Below are positions 40,310 through 57,037 of a stretch of 64,000 nucleotides of DNA, piece by piece. Positions within the stretch are counted from its first letter, which is position 1, and every line of letters begins with the position of its first letter. The notes beneath the pieces were generated by a model. That model saw nothing but the letters and a program-made list of their open reading frames with translations. It was not told where the DNA came from and made no database searches. The stretch spans positions 212,412,001 through 212,476,000 of the forward strand of contig OZ024742.1 in NCBI GenBank assembly GCA_964016885.1. The letters are read 5' to 3'. Position numbers and translations under genes: made by a program. Source of the stretch: Eledone cirrhosa. Its lineage: Eukaryota.

Positions 40310-40350
<41 letters not shown>

Positions 40351-40394
40351 TAATAATAATTTAATGCTTAAATTATGAATGAAGTTATTCTTAC

Positions 40395-40492
40395 CACTTC
40401 TCAGAGTATCTTTGCCACCAGATAGCGCTCCGAGAGGTAGCAAACCATTTGGAGTGAGTCCCTTCAACTGCAGTACACTTTCACTTTCTTCT
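40395..40492 (-). CDS. PPP3C: Calcineurin A exon (98 nt)
   Basis: ttttctttacag|A GAA GAA..AGT G|gtaaga; phase 2-1; encodes (R)[32 protein letters not shown]. Confidence 0.98.
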
Positions 40493-40747
40493 CTGTAAAG
40501 AAAAAAACAGAAAAGGAAAGTTGTAAAAAATGAAAGATATATTTAAGTCATCATGTTTATTTAAACTATATATAGTTTATTGAAGAGACATGATAATTTA
40601 AATTTTAGAAAAGAAGGAAATAGAAAATTGTTTTACTCAAAAGCAGTGATTCTTAAATGTGAGGCTTTTGGAGAAGAATCCAAACTGGAAAAGAATAGTG
40701 TAGATTGTTTATATATGAATAAAATACCAATATACCCAACTATAGTG

Positions 40748-40807
<60 letters not shown>

Positions 40808-40889
40808 AAATGCAGTAATTCCGTCGGAAAAGTCCAGGAAAAAAGAGTGCTCTATGTAGGTAACAGAGCTTAATAGTTATGTAATAAAC

Positions 40890-40991
40890 AACAATGTACA
40901 CTATAGTCGGGTATATTGGTATTTTATTTTGTATATATATATATATATACAAAATAAAATACCAATATACCCGACTATAGTGTACATTGTT
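40890..40991. repeat. Perfect 102-bp palindrome centred on (TA)9
   Basis: Self-complementary throughout; partial direct copies of one arm near 40718-40750 and 41005-41040. Confidence 0.95.
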
Positions 40992-41895
40992 TATATATCA
41001 AATGAAATACCAATATACCCAACTAAAATACCAATATACTCCATTATAAGGATGATCATGAAGTAACAGATCCTAAACAAACTGCTGCTTCAGACATAAT
41101 CCTGTTTGAGACTATAAAATTATTGAGGTTTGAAAAGTTTGCTCATGTTAATATCATGCTCAGATGAAAGATTGACAGTTCAGATAACAATTAAAAATTA
41201 GAAAATTAGAAGGAGTTGAAGAAAGCTTGGATTGCAAAGGGAGGGAGGAATGGGACTTGAGTCACTGAGAACCACTGCCCAAGAGCATTAGCATGTAATA
41301 TAGAGATTCTTTTCATTTTGACTGAAACCAAGTTTTAGGCCTAGTTAGTATAGTTATCACTGAAACAGGACATATGCCATGAAAAGATTTCTGTTTTTAA
41401 ACATAAGGCTGATTTTCTAAGCAAGTTGATCTGATGTGCTGGACAAAATATCATTGGGGTATTTTATTTCAGCTCTTTACATTCTGAGTATTCAAATTCT
41501 ACAGAGGTTAGCTTTGCCTTTCATCTTTACAGGGTTGATAAAATAAAATACCAGTAACACACTGGGGTCAATTTAATCTATTTTCCCTCCTCCAAAATTG
41601 TTGGCCTTGTGCCTAAATCAGAAACCATTATGTTATTGTTACTTCAATATGCAGGGTGAAAAAAAAAACTAATTCCTGAACTTAATTGAAAGTAATGAGA
41701 GAGTTAATGGGCAAAATTACTTGAAATTACTATTACATTTTTATGTATAATATCTTCGGTATATATTTGAGTCAAATCAGGATAATAAATAAATAAAGGC
41801 CAACTTCATGAGTTTTTTGCTCTATGTTGTAGAATAGTGATAGAATATATGACTACTAAATCAGAAGTATAAAATCAAATAGCAAATATGACTTA

Positions 41896-42042
<147 letters not shown>

Positions 42043-43671
42043 TTAACTATGCTATAGATACTGTTGTTATTGTTTTTCATTAAGTTAACCCTGATCAAAG
42101 ATCTTCCAGCGATGCCTATCCCATCTTTTTCTCTTAGAATTAGTGTATCTAGTCCTTCTTTAAAGATAGTAGGGTGTGATTTGAGACAGATTTATTTGAC
42201 ATTTCTAGCAGAAATAATGTATCTAGTCCTTCTTCTTTTAAGATAATAGGGTGTGATTTGAGACAGATATATTTGACATTTCTTTGTAATTTCTCAAAAA
42301 TTATAGATAGTCAATTTCTTTTCCTTACAAAGTTGTTAGAATTGGACTTCATCTGCATAGCTGAATAATACCCAAACTTCATGAGATGGTGATGAATATT
42401 TATGGGTAGTGAATACAGACATACACAATAAAATACACAGAATTTTTCAGAAAGAAACAAAGAAACAAAATAAAAAGTTTGTATTATTTAAGATACTGTG
42501 GGTAGACATGATATAGGCTGATCAAAGCAGGCAGTGTATACAAGAAATATAATTTAAGACCAACATTATAGCAAATTCATGCAGCTGGCTTATCACAGTT
42601 GTTTTATTAAACTGTTAGTGTTAAATACTCAACTGACAGTCAATAATCTTTAACAAGTTTTAGATTTGGATTACCATATTTCCAGCTTGTTAACTTTTAT
42701 GACAAAGATCTGAACAGTAAAAGCATAAATATATTTTCTGAAATATGTTGGGTAGGGATTTAGAAATTTCTACTTCAATAGATTGATTATTGATAAATAT
42801 GAATTAATAGCAATTTAGATATACTTAGAAAATACTGTTTTTTAAATACAATATTTCATTATGTGTTTGAAAATAACAGACCCATTCATATTGAGTCATT
42901 TTCAATGTGAGGATAGCTAGAAATGTTTAAAAACGACTGTAGAGTGAGCATGTTTATTATGGTCTGGGCTCATAGAAGGACATGTACTGAACATTTGAAG
43001 CTATTAAAACACTGGATGTTTTAATAGTCAGTATTGATATTTCTTATAATGGTACATTCCAGAGATGAGTTAAGTGTCTTGACCAAAGACTAAGCCACAA
43101 ATCATACATCTCTCAGAACTAGTAGTTCAATATTATAGATGGAGAAAAGTGGAAGTCCTCAAAGCTTACAATTTTTATTTTATGAGAAAAATTTTAAGAA
43201 ACTATGATATTACACCAACTGAGAAAGTCAAATATGTAAACAACACTATAACTAGATAGGTTTAATAAAATATGACCTAAAAAAACTAAACAAAAAAAGC
43301 TTCAGTCGTACAATGAAATCAATCATATACTAATATGAACTAATATGAACTCTATATATAACATTGGAGTACAGATCTTGATTTATACATTTTTAGTTAA
43401 ATTGAAGATTGGATAGTATATTAAATAGTTCAATATTGATATGCTCATACTTTTTAATGGCTCTCCAACAGTAAGCTAAGAGATAAAGAGTTGATAGAAC
43501 TTTCAACTTTGTAGTGAATAATAAAGAGGAACTACCAGCGGAAAGGGCTACTGAGTGCTAAGTGAACGTTATAGAAAGTTGGCTTTACCAGAGATTGCCT
43601 ATGTATGTGTTAGTTTACATAGGTGACTTACATGCATAGTGGTACAAGTGAGAAATATATTAAATATTGTG

Positions 43672-43945
43672 ATGTGTTGTTTCCTTGAGCAAGTCACTTT
43701 ATTTCACATTGCTCCAGTTTACTCAGCTGTAGAAATGAGATGATAGGACTGGGGTCCCTATCATTCCACTGCAAAGTAGACGTGTAGGCGCCACGGAAAA
43801 AAGCATCCAGCACTCACTGTAAATGAGGTTGGTGTTAGGAAGGGCATCCAGCTGTAGAAACCAAGCCAGAATCAGAGCCCGTCCCACCCTTGCAAGCAGG
43901 GAAAAAGCGGACGTAAAATGATGATGATGATGATGATGATGATGA
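43672..43945 (+). mobile_element. Composite SINE with RTE-type tail and (TGA)n
   Basis: Homologous to 31373-31739. Confidence 0.85.
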
Positions 43946-44569
43946 TTGGAGTATATGGGTATATCTTAGTGAGTGGAGTAGTTTGGGCATGTTCTGTGAA
44001 TGCATTGATATAGAAGGAATCACTTTGGTATATGTATATATTATATAAAAACCAACTTTTACTCTGATAACAGCTAAAGCAAAGTTGAACATTAAAAACA
44101 AAAACAATCATTGTTTCGTCATAGCCTCTAATATTTTCACTCCCCACTAAACTTGAGAAGCCATTAGAAAGTTTGAACCACTTTAAATTAAGCTGGTTAA
44201 TAAACTTTCTAATTTCATATTTAATAAAACATGCATACAATGCTTTATATTAATTTATATCAAGTGCTTAAAGAAGCTGTGTTACTGAGTTAGTTAGGGT
44301 TTAGAGAGTAAATCAGTTTGATCAGGTTAAATAGCACACTGCCAAAACTGCCATATTGCAGGACAAAATTATGATTCATTATGAAAACTAATAAATTATA
44401 TTAAATAGTTAAGAATTTATTTTTAACTACTTTGAATTAACATTTTTGTTTTGAGTACTGCTAATTTTTATAGCATATGATATTAAGGAAAAGCAGTAAC
44501 TCTGTTGAGCCATGAAATCAAACATTTTATGAGAGATTCCTCACATTTGTTCTACTTTCATATATTTAA

Positions 44570-44723
44570 CCTTTTAGCATTTATATTACTCTATATTTAC
44601 TATTATATTTTCACATAATATCGAATCTATGAGATTTTGATATTATTTATTTTGAGAACACCGTTTCAATAGAAAGAGGTGAGAGAATTCTGGCCGGATA
44701 TGGCCAGTTTAAATGCTAGAGGG
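44570..44723. mobile_element. piggyBac-like MITE
   Basis: TTAA on both sides (44566-44569, 44724-44727); imperfect TIRs CCTTTTAGCATTTA / TAAATGCTAGAGGG. Confidence 0.75.
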
Positions 44724-47700
44724 TTAAAGTACGTTTTATGATATTTTGATATTTTCATTGGATACTACAAGTAAATTTTACATTAAGGTTTGATTGAAAT
44801 ACAATTCTTCCCCAAAGAAACAACCTTTAGTAAATATTGTAAGCAAGGAAGAAAAGATGTTTAAAAGATGGAAGTATGAATTTAATACTAATTACTAAAA
44901 TATTTATTAGTAAGTGATTTAATAATACAGTATGATATAATCATACTACAAATGCATTACAGTTTATTAGGCCAATATATATATATTTGGAATCATTGTG
45001 TCAGATCTCTCTGCTGGTGGCATTGAAGAACATCCATCTCTAGTGTTGATACCATGCACTTGGCAGAACATGGGACTGTATGTAAGTGAGATGCAGACCC
45101 TCTGCCGACCTAGGAGGTCAGAAGCCCTGTTTCAGTATTGACTTGGTTTAGCCCTTGCTTGCAGAGAAAGTGGACATTAAATGATGATTACAATGATATA
45201 TATTTATTATCAAGTAAATCAATATGGAGGGTGAAAAGTCAACTCATTTCTGAATTTAATTGAAAGGAATGATAATGGTCCACATAAAATTCAGAGTTAT
45301 TTAGTTTTACATTCACTATATGGCTATTGTTCCAAATTACATGTGACATGTTGCATTTTAGGTAGCTATAAGTTGATTTAAATGCATCTATAAATGAAAT
45401 CGTTGGTTAGCATTGCTTAAGTTGAATTTAGAATATGTATTTTTGGCCTCATTGATCTGTTACTGTATGATCAAAACTCCAACTTTAAAATTGTATCTAA
45501 CTAAAATTTCAAATGAACAATAAATAAACTAAATAACTTTATAGCTCAAATATTTTCAGTGACATAAAAATAGTATATGAATTTGTTTGCAAGGATCTTC
45601 TAACTTGATTTCATGAAAATTAAACTGTGTAATATAAAAAAATGGTCTCTGTTTATAACAGCTATAGTAGATTATCACAAAACTACAGATATACTTCATT
45701 AACAGAATTTAAAGATACTGAAGAATATTAAAATACAAACACTGAAGTGCTTTCCCAATTACTTATGATATTTTTAGATATTCTATTGTTGCTAACTAGA
45801 ATGACCTTAGCTAAAAACAAAAAAGAAAACCCAACCCTAAAAAGATTTTAATAAACAGATAATAGTACTTACCAAGTATTGATATAGATTCCCAGCAAGC
45901 AAAGGGAAATAACGGAAAACATATTATTAGTAAGTGCGTCAGTTATAAAGAAACAAAAACAAAAACATTTCAACAATTTAGATCCATGGCATAATTTTCC
46001 ATTCTTAAAGTTTGATGAAATTGTAGCAAAACATCTATCTATCTTATATATGTGTATGTATGTGCATGCATATATATTTATAAGCACACACAAATATACA
46101 TATATATATAATCTTTTACAAGAGTCATTTCTAGAAATAAATGAGACTATCAAGAAGAGATTCTACCTTAAAATAATGATGATAGAGAGCTGAATATAAA
46201 GACATTATTACAACCCAGATTTGTTATGGTACTGATATTGCCTCCAATTGTTTTAAAATCATTAATACTAGTAATTTAGTTTCAAAACAATTGATACAAA
46301 TCTATTATGTATAGATTTTTGACTCTGCTCTTATTGAGTTAAAAAAAAGTTTTCTAACTATATACTGAACATAAGCATGCACAGATATATGAATATGTGA
46401 GTTTATACACACATATTACACATATATAGATATACATACAAATATATAAGTTAAGCAACATAAAATAACTGTTAGAGTCCATTATGTAGCAAGCTACATT
46501 TCATGGATAAAATGTAGAATAAAATCAAATTTTTCTGATTCGACCAACCCATGCTAATATGCAAGAAAGTACATAATAATATGAATGATGACTTGTGTTA
46601 TATAACTGCACATACAGTAAAGATTCCTTAAAATATATATTATTGATATTGCAATCTATCTCTGAACTATTCATTACATATAAATTATAAGCAACTGTGT
46701 TGATCATGGTATGAAAACAAAAGAATGGAAACCACCCCATAAAAAAAAAACAACAAAAAAAAACATGGATTTATTTAAACAAGCAATTTTAACATAAAAT
46801 GAATTTAAACAAACAAACAATTAAAAAGTAACAGGGCAGAAAACAATGCAAAAAAAAGTACAACTCCACAAGTCAGCCTGTAAGGGTTAAACACTGATGT
46901 CAACTGCACAACATTAGTTTTAAGCCTAGTGGATGATATATAGGAGACTAAAGGCAACACACAGTAAGGTACTGGGCATGACAAGACAGTGATATTGACA
47001 GGACATGGTAAGGGGTATGAATGGGACATGAGGAGCTACTGGATCTAACAGGTAGAGGTACATGATGGCTCTAGATACAATACTCTGACACAAACAACTA
47101 AATGAGATATGGAAGGAAAGGAGGAGGGTTGACTACATTAAACATTTTTCATTTCAGTAATATTAAATCATAATTGGACAGATGGAGTTAAACAATATTA
47201 TAATAATTATTGAAGCAGCTATAATTTCTAAACAGAAACATTATAGAGATATTTGAAGGACAATAACTAATGCACTTGTTGAAACATATGTTGTTTTATT
47301 CTAATGGAAATGGTTTCTGTCTGTATGTTCCACTTTTGTTTTTACATTACATTGAATTTGAAAAATATTTTGATTCGTATGAGATCCATAAAGAATGAAA
47401 AACTGTTTAATGTAACTAAAGTAAAGATATATTCAATGAAAGACAGCAAATATCACAGTCAATAGTGTTGTGCTGTGTATCATAACAGTTCAATTTACTC
47501 AGCTGTAAATCACGGACAGATACAGTTCACCGACTCAAGCAAGAGATAACATTGTCATTGACATGTGTTTTTTTCAGTTTTCATTTTGGGGGATGGGGAT
47601 GAGGGTGTGAGATACAATTGAGATAAAAACCATTATTTTATCTACTCAAAGTAGTGAAACCTGAGACAATCCTCAGCACACTCTGACAAAGTCTGGTAAT

Positions 47701-49150
47701 GATGGTGGATAAAAAGGGAGAAACACAAAGGAACACTTCAGTAAATTACAGCAATCTTAGATGTTGGGAATAGTTAGGAAATTAATAAAATATTGAGAAA
47801 ATCTCACTGTTCATTGATTAATCCAATTGATATTTAAGTATTAATTGATCTTTAGTGTTATCCAAATTGATTCAAACACTATTACAAAATTGTTTTAGAG
47901 GGTATATATTCAGAACTATGATTTTGTGATTATGATTAATGAACATACACACACAAACACACATGTTGTGGCTAATTATTTACCTACAAAGAGTAAACAC
48001 AAACAATTTATTTAAACTATAATATCAAATTTGCAAAAAAAAGGTCAATAAATAAAAAGTCAAAACAAAATAAAGGTTCTATAAATATGATAAGCAAATA
48101 AAATTAGATATTAAAATTACATATTCCTAATTGTTCATTAAGAATAAACTGAGATTATTTATTTTACTTATAATAATTAAAAAGAAAAAGAAAAGGGGCT
48201 GTGATTAGCATAAAACAAATACTAGCTCAGCTGAAAGAGAAAAAAATTCATAAAATGGTGTTTCTTCAGAGGACATTGAATAAAAATGATATTAAAATTT
48301 GCTTATCTAATGTTAGTATAAAAAATATGGCTTACAAAATATTATTAATTTGTGTAAAGAAAGAGAATTAATAGTAATAATAACAATAATGGTTTTTACT
48401 TTATATGCATTAATATAAACATTCAGAATAAGGTGCCAAAATATCATATGAAGAAATTTATACATTCATGTCAATTGAATCTTTACTGAGAAATATGTTC
48501 TTTTTATATAGTTAGAGAGCAAAAAATACCTAAAAAAAATTAAATTCCAAATAAAACAAATATTACTACTCCGACGAAAATATATAATTGAAAAAAATCC
48601 CCAAAACAATGAATTACATTCTCTAGCAAGTTAAACTATAGGACAAAAAAATATAAAAATCTTTACAAAATAAATAACTGCAAATTAAAGACACCATTAA
48701 ACTTTTTCTCAAATAACCTTCTAAAATACTGTCAACAGAAATGAATTCCTCTCAACCTTTTTTTCTAGGAAGAGTTTATTCTATAATAGCCATCTTTAGT
48801 TATCATATTGTCTATGGTGCTAAAGATTTAACTTAAACATTTCCTAATAACTTCTAAGGCAGCTAAACTGTAGTCAAAATAACCACAGAAATTTGCAGAA
48901 AAATGTTAGTGAGTAGAACTGGATTAGATTAAAGAGTTTACAATCTGTTCATTGAAGCAGTAATCAAATCTTGATATGGTTTACTTTGACTTCAATTATC
49001 TAAGGTAACAAAAATATATACCTTAGAACAAAACACCAAAATATGGATCATATCTGGCAAGTAGAATTTATAAGGCTTTCCATCCTGTAGATCTATTAAG
49101 TTAGCATTCTCTATTCAAACCACATTTGTCATGGTTATTATAGAGCAAAG

Positions 49151-49334
49151 GGTGGTGGATTGGCAGTATCGGTAGAGGGTCGGACGCCATGCTTTCCAGC
49201 ATAGTTACGTCCCTTTACGATCTGAGTTCAAATCCCGCTGAGGTTGACTTTGCCTTTCATCCTTACGGAGTCGATAAAATAAAGTACCAGTAATGCACTG
49301 TGTAATTGCTGGCCTTGTGCCTAAAGTAGACACA
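49151..49334 (+). mobile_element. Young full-length tRNA-derived SINE with 17-bp TSD
   Basis: gttattatagagcaaag at 49134-49150 and 49335-49351. Confidence 0.95.
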
Positions 49335-50047
49335 GTTATTATAGAGCAAAGCAAAAAAATTTAATAGCAAAAATAATTAATTTCAGTTTTGTGTTTACTA
49401 GTATTTAACGTCCACTTTCCCTGCTAGCAAGGGTTGAACGGAGCTACACAGATCAAGTCAGTACTGAAGTGGAGCCACTGACCTTCCAGACTCACAGTCT
49501 CATGCTTCACAGAGTGCACAGGAGAGGTTGTCATGTCTTTGACACAGCTGATGGATCATCGTAGCTCTTTGGCAATATACATATATATATATATGAATAT
49601 TGGCAACATGACCCTCCCAAAGTATAACAATATATATACATATATATATACATATATATACATATATATATACATATATATATGTATATACATATATATA
49701 CATACATATATATACATATATATATACATACATATATATATGTATATATATACATATATATATACATACATATATATATGTATATATATACATATATATA
49801 CATACATATATATACATATATATATACATACATATATATACATATATATATACATACATATATATACATATATATATACATATATATATGTATATATATA
49901 TACATACATATATATACATATATATATACATATATATATGTATATATATATATACATACATATATATACATATATATATACATATATATATGTATATATA
50001 TATATACATACATATATATACATATATATATACATACATATATATAC

Positions 50048-50078
<31 letters not shown>

Positions 50079-50135
50079 CATACATATATATACATATATA
50101 TATATACATATATATATATACATATATATATATAC

Positions 50136-50166
<31 letters not shown>

Positions 50167-50179
50167 CATATATATATAC

Positions 50180-50232
<53 letters not shown>

Positions 50233-50531
50233 CATATATATATACATATATATATGTATATATATACATATATATACATATATATATGTATATATATATA
50301 TATATATATATACATATATATACATATATATATGTATATATATATATACATATATATACATATATATATACATATACATATATATATATATACATATACA
50401 TATACATATACATATATATACATATATATATACATATACATATATATATACATATATATATACATATATATATGTATATATATATGTATATATATATATA
50501 CATATATATATATATGTATATATATATATAC

Positions 50532-50577
<46 letters not shown>

Positions 50578-50799
50578 GTATATATATATGTATATATATA
50601 TATACATATATATATGTATATATACATATATATATGTATGTATATATATATACATATATATGTATGTATATATATATATATATGTATGTATATATATATA
50701 TATATGTATGTATATATATATGTATATCTATATATATATATATCATCATCATCATTTTACGTCCGCTTTTCCCTGCTTGCAAGGATGTATATATATATG

Positions 50800-50902
<103 letters not shown>

Positions 50903-50951
50903 GTATATATATATCTATATATATCTATGTATATATATATCTATATATATC

Positions 50952-51028
<77 letters not shown>

Positions 51029-51077
51029 GTATATATATATCTATATATATCTATGTATATATATATCTATATATATC

Positions 51078-51132
<55 letters not shown>

Positions 51133-51699
51133 GTGTCTTTGCCTGAGTTACTATTCTCTAGCAATGTGTACATTTTGGAGATTAAACCCAAATTTTGGTA
51201 TATTGATCTCAAGGTTTAAACTAAACATATAGTCATTATTAAACAATGTTTAATTTCTCATATTATATATCTATGTCCCATTCATGAATATTAATATTTA
51301 TATTTTTATTATACATTTCATATGAATTGTTAACTCAACTTAACATGACATGACGTAAAGTTTTCATAATCTCCTTCTCTCTCTATATAACATTTCTCTC
51401 TCTTGAGTTTTTCTATCTGTCTGTTGACTTAATATCTCTCTGTTGGTTTCCACTGTTTTTCTTCTTTCTTCCTTTCCTCCTGTCTTTACTTATCTCTTTC
51501 TTTTTTTTTCTCCATGCATCTCTCTCTCTCCGATATTTCTCCACGTTTTTTCTTTCTCTCTGTTTTTTTCTAATTGTCCTTAACACTATGACTTATTAAA
51601 GTAATATAAACAAATCACTATCCGGATGACTTCCAAAAACAATGGTTGCATTTTAATAGGGTACGTCAAAGCTTATTTGTAAAACTGTTATATATTGTA

Positions 51700-51755
51700 T
51701 TTTGTCTGATGAAGGCATACCATAATTTAATTTGGTATCCCTGAAATATGTATAA

Positions 51756-51760
<5 letters not shown>
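51700..51760 (+). ncRNA. Hammerhead ribozyme-like motif, probably decayed
   Basis: CTGATGA (51706-51712) agg c atacca..tggtat c cct GAAATATGTA; long stem II, weak stem I; abuts the satellite. Confidence 0.55.
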
Positions 51761-51801
<41 letters not shown>

Positions 51802-51899
51802 CATATATATACATATATATATATACATATATATATATACATATATATACATATATATATATGCATATATATATATACATATATATACATATATATACA

Positions 51900-51975
<76 letters not shown>

Positions 51976-51987
51976 CATATATATACA

Positions 51988-52043
<56 letters not shown>

Positions 52044-52272
52044 CATATATATACATATATATATCTACATATATATATACATCTACATATATATATACAT
52101 CTACATATATATATACATCTACATATATATATATATACACACACATATATATATATACACACACATATATATATATACATATATATATATATACATATAT
52201 ATATACACACACATATATATATACATATATATACATATATATATATATATACATATATATACATATATATAC

Positions 52273-52305
<33 letters not shown>

Positions 52306-52344
52306 CATATATATACATATATACATATATATACATATATATAC

Positions 52345-52437
<93 letters not shown>

Positions 52438-52692
52438 CATATATATATACATATATATATGCATATATATATATATATATATACATATATATATGCATAT
52501 ATATATATATATATATACATATATATATGCATATATATATATATATATATACATATATATATGCATATATATATATATATGCATATATATATATATATAT
52601 ATATACATATATATATACATATATATATATATATACATATATATATACATATATATATATACATACATATATATATACATATATATATATAC

Positions 52693-52789
<97 letters not shown>

Positions 52790-52864
52790 CATATATATAT
52801 ACATATATATACATATATATATACATATATATATACATATATATATATATACATATATATATAC

Positions 52865-52899
<35 letters not shown>

Positions 52900-52953
52900 C
52901 ATATGTAGGTTCCTAAATATACTTCCTATATACATATATATACATATATATAC

Positions 52954-52986
<33 letters not shown>

Positions 52987-53111
52987 CATATATATACATA
53001 TATATATATATATATACATATATATACATATATATATATATATACATATATATACATATATATATATATATACATATATATACATATATATATATATATA
53101 CATATATATAC

Positions 53112-53142
<31 letters not shown>

Positions 53143-53763
53143 CATATATATACATATATATATATACATATATATACACATATATATATATATATACATA
53201 TATATATACATATATATACATATATATATATACATATATATACACATATATACATACATATATATATATATACATATATATACATATATATATATACATA
53301 TATATACATATATATATATACATATACATTTATATATACATATACACATATATATACATATATATACATATATATATATACATATACATATATATATATA
53401 TATATATATACATATATATACATATATATATACATATATATACATATATATACATATATATATACATATATATATACATATACATATATATACATATACA
53501 TATATATACATATACATATATATACATATACACACATATATATATACATATACACACATATATATATATATATACATATACATACATATATATATATATA
53601 CATATATATACATATATATATATACATATACATATATACATATATATATATACATATACATATATACATATATATATATACATATACATATACACATATA
53701 TATATATACATATCCATATATATATGTATATATATATATACATACATATCCATATATATATGC

Positions 53764-53830
<67 letters not shown>

Positions 53831-53852
53831 CATATATATATATACATATATA

Positions 53853-54037
53853 TATTATCCAGGATCCCGGATGAGCCCACAGCAAGACACGAGGGAAACC
53901 TAAGGGCAGCAGCAACAAACTCCCTCCTACACCAGTGGCCAACCTATACAGGCTGGAGATAAAATGTGTAGCAACAAGGGCGGTGCCCCAGCATGGCCTC
54001 AGCCGGATGGCTGAAACAGGTAAAAGAGTAAAAGAGT
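53853..54037 (+). mobile_element. LINE extreme 3' end with an (AAAAGAGT) tail
   Basis: [21 protein letters not shown] resembles the C-terminus of CR1-group RT ORFs; followed by GGGCGGTGCCCCAGCATGGCC..TGAAACAGGTAAAAGAGTAAAAGAG. Confidence 0.65.
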
Positions 54038-54041
54038 ATAC

Positions 54042-54094
<53 letters not shown>

Positions 54095-54632
54095 CATATA
54101 TATACATATACACTTATATACATATACACTTATATATATATACATATATATATACACATATATATATACACATATATATATGTATATATATATATATACA
54201 TACATATATATATATACATATATATATGTATATATATATATACATATATATATATGTATAACATATATATATATACATATATATATATACATACATATAT
54301 ATATATACATATATATATGTATATATATATATACATATATATATGTATACATATATATATATACATATATATACATATACACTTATATATATATACATAT
54401 ATATATACACATATATATATACACATATATATATATGTATATATATATATATACATACATATATATATACATATATATATGTATATATATATATACATAT
54501 ATATATGTATACATATATATACATATACATATATATATATACATATATATACATATACATATATATATATACATATATATATATACATATATATATATAC
54601 ATATATATATACATATACATATATACATATAC

Positions 54633-54663
<31 letters not shown>

Positions 54664-54946
54664 CATATACATATACATATATATATACATATATATACAT
54701 ATATATATATATATACATATACATATACATATACATATATATATACATATATATACATATATATATATACACATATATATATACACATATATATATACAC
54801 ATATATATATACACATATATATATGTATATATATATATATACATACATATATATATATATACATATATATATGTATACATATATATACATATATATATAC
54901 ATACATATATATATATACATATATATACATATACATATATATATAC

Positions 54947-55018
<72 letters not shown>

Positions 55019-55056
55019 ATATATATACATATATATATATACATATATATATATAC

Positions 55057-55101
<45 letters not shown>

Positions 55102-55116
55102 CATATATATATATAC

Positions 55117-55147
<31 letters not shown>

Positions 55148-55182
55148 CATATACATATACATATATATATACATATATATAC

Positions 55183-55245
<63 letters not shown>

Positions 55246-55256
55246 CATATATATAC

Positions 55257-55304
<48 letters not shown>

Positions 55305-55348
55305 ACATATATATATATACATATATATACATATATATATACATATAT

Positions 55349-55417
<69 letters not shown>

Positions 55418-55472
55418 CATATATATATACATATATATACATATATACATATATATATATACATATATATAC

Positions 55473-55523
<51 letters not shown>

Positions 55524-55581
55524 TATACATATATATATATACATATATATATATACATATATATATATATACATATTATAC

Positions 55582-55614
<33 letters not shown>

Positions 55615-55763
55615 CGTATACATATATATATACGTATACATATATATATATACATATATATACATATATATATATACATATACATATATATATATACATA
55701 TATATATACATATATATATATACATATATATATACATATATATATATACATATATATACATAC

Positions 55764-55806
<43 letters not shown>

Positions 55807-55811
55807 TATAC

Positions 55812-55842
<31 letters not shown>

Positions 55843-55857
55843 CATATATATACATAC

Positions 55858-55902
<45 letters not shown>

Positions 55903-55907
55903 TATAC

Positions 55908-55938
<31 letters not shown>

Positions 55939-55939
55939 C

Positions 55940-55992
<53 letters not shown>

Positions 55993-57037
55993 TATATGTA
56001 TATATATATACATATACATATATATATACATATATATATGTATATATATATACATATACATATATATATACATATATATATATACAGATATATATATATA
56101 CATATATATACAGATATATATGTATATATATATACATATACATATATATATACATATATATATACAGATATATATATATACATATATATACATATATATA
56201 CAGATATATATATATACATATATATATATATACATATATATACATATATATACAGATATATATATATACATATATATACACATATATATATACATATATA
56301 TACATATACATATATATACACATATAGATATATATACATATACATATATATACACATATATATACATATATATACATATACATATATATACACATATATA
56401 TACATATACATATATATACACATATATATATATACATATATATACATATACATATATATACATATATATACACATATATACACATATATATATATACATA
56501 TATATACATATACATATATATACATATATATATATACATATATATACATATATATACATATATATACATATACATATATATACATATATATATATACATA
56601 TATATACATATATATACACACATACATATATATACATATATATATATATATACATATATACATATACATACACATACATATATATACAAATACACATATA
56701 TATATATATACATATACACATATACATATATACATATATATATACATATATATACATATATATATACATATACATACATATACATATATATACATCTATA
56801 TATATATATACATATACATATATATATATATACATATATATATACATATACATATACATATATACATATACATATATACATATACATATACATATATATA
56901 TATACATATATATATACACATATACATATATATATACATATACACATATACATATATATATACATATACATATATATACATATACATATATATACATATA
57001 CATATATACACATATACATGTACATACATATATATAT

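Noticed and set aside
40276-40394. Read-through of exon 40395-40492 into the intron (CnA-beta1-like retention)
   Set aside because: The open frame runs through (TTA)n and (TA)n repeats; no independent support.
42145-42283. Tandem duplication of about 65 bp
   Set aside because: Local duplication inside a decayed interspersed repeat also seen near 24.3 and 37.5 kb; not a spacer array.
46805-47090. GC-richer segment with a 74-aa ORF
   Set aside because: No motif and no good splice-site pair; could be conserved non-coding DNA but this cannot be shown here.
53865-53900. Hammerhead-like CGGATGA..GAAAC
   Set aside because: Core mismatch, no stem I or III, and explained as LINE coding sequence (PDEP).
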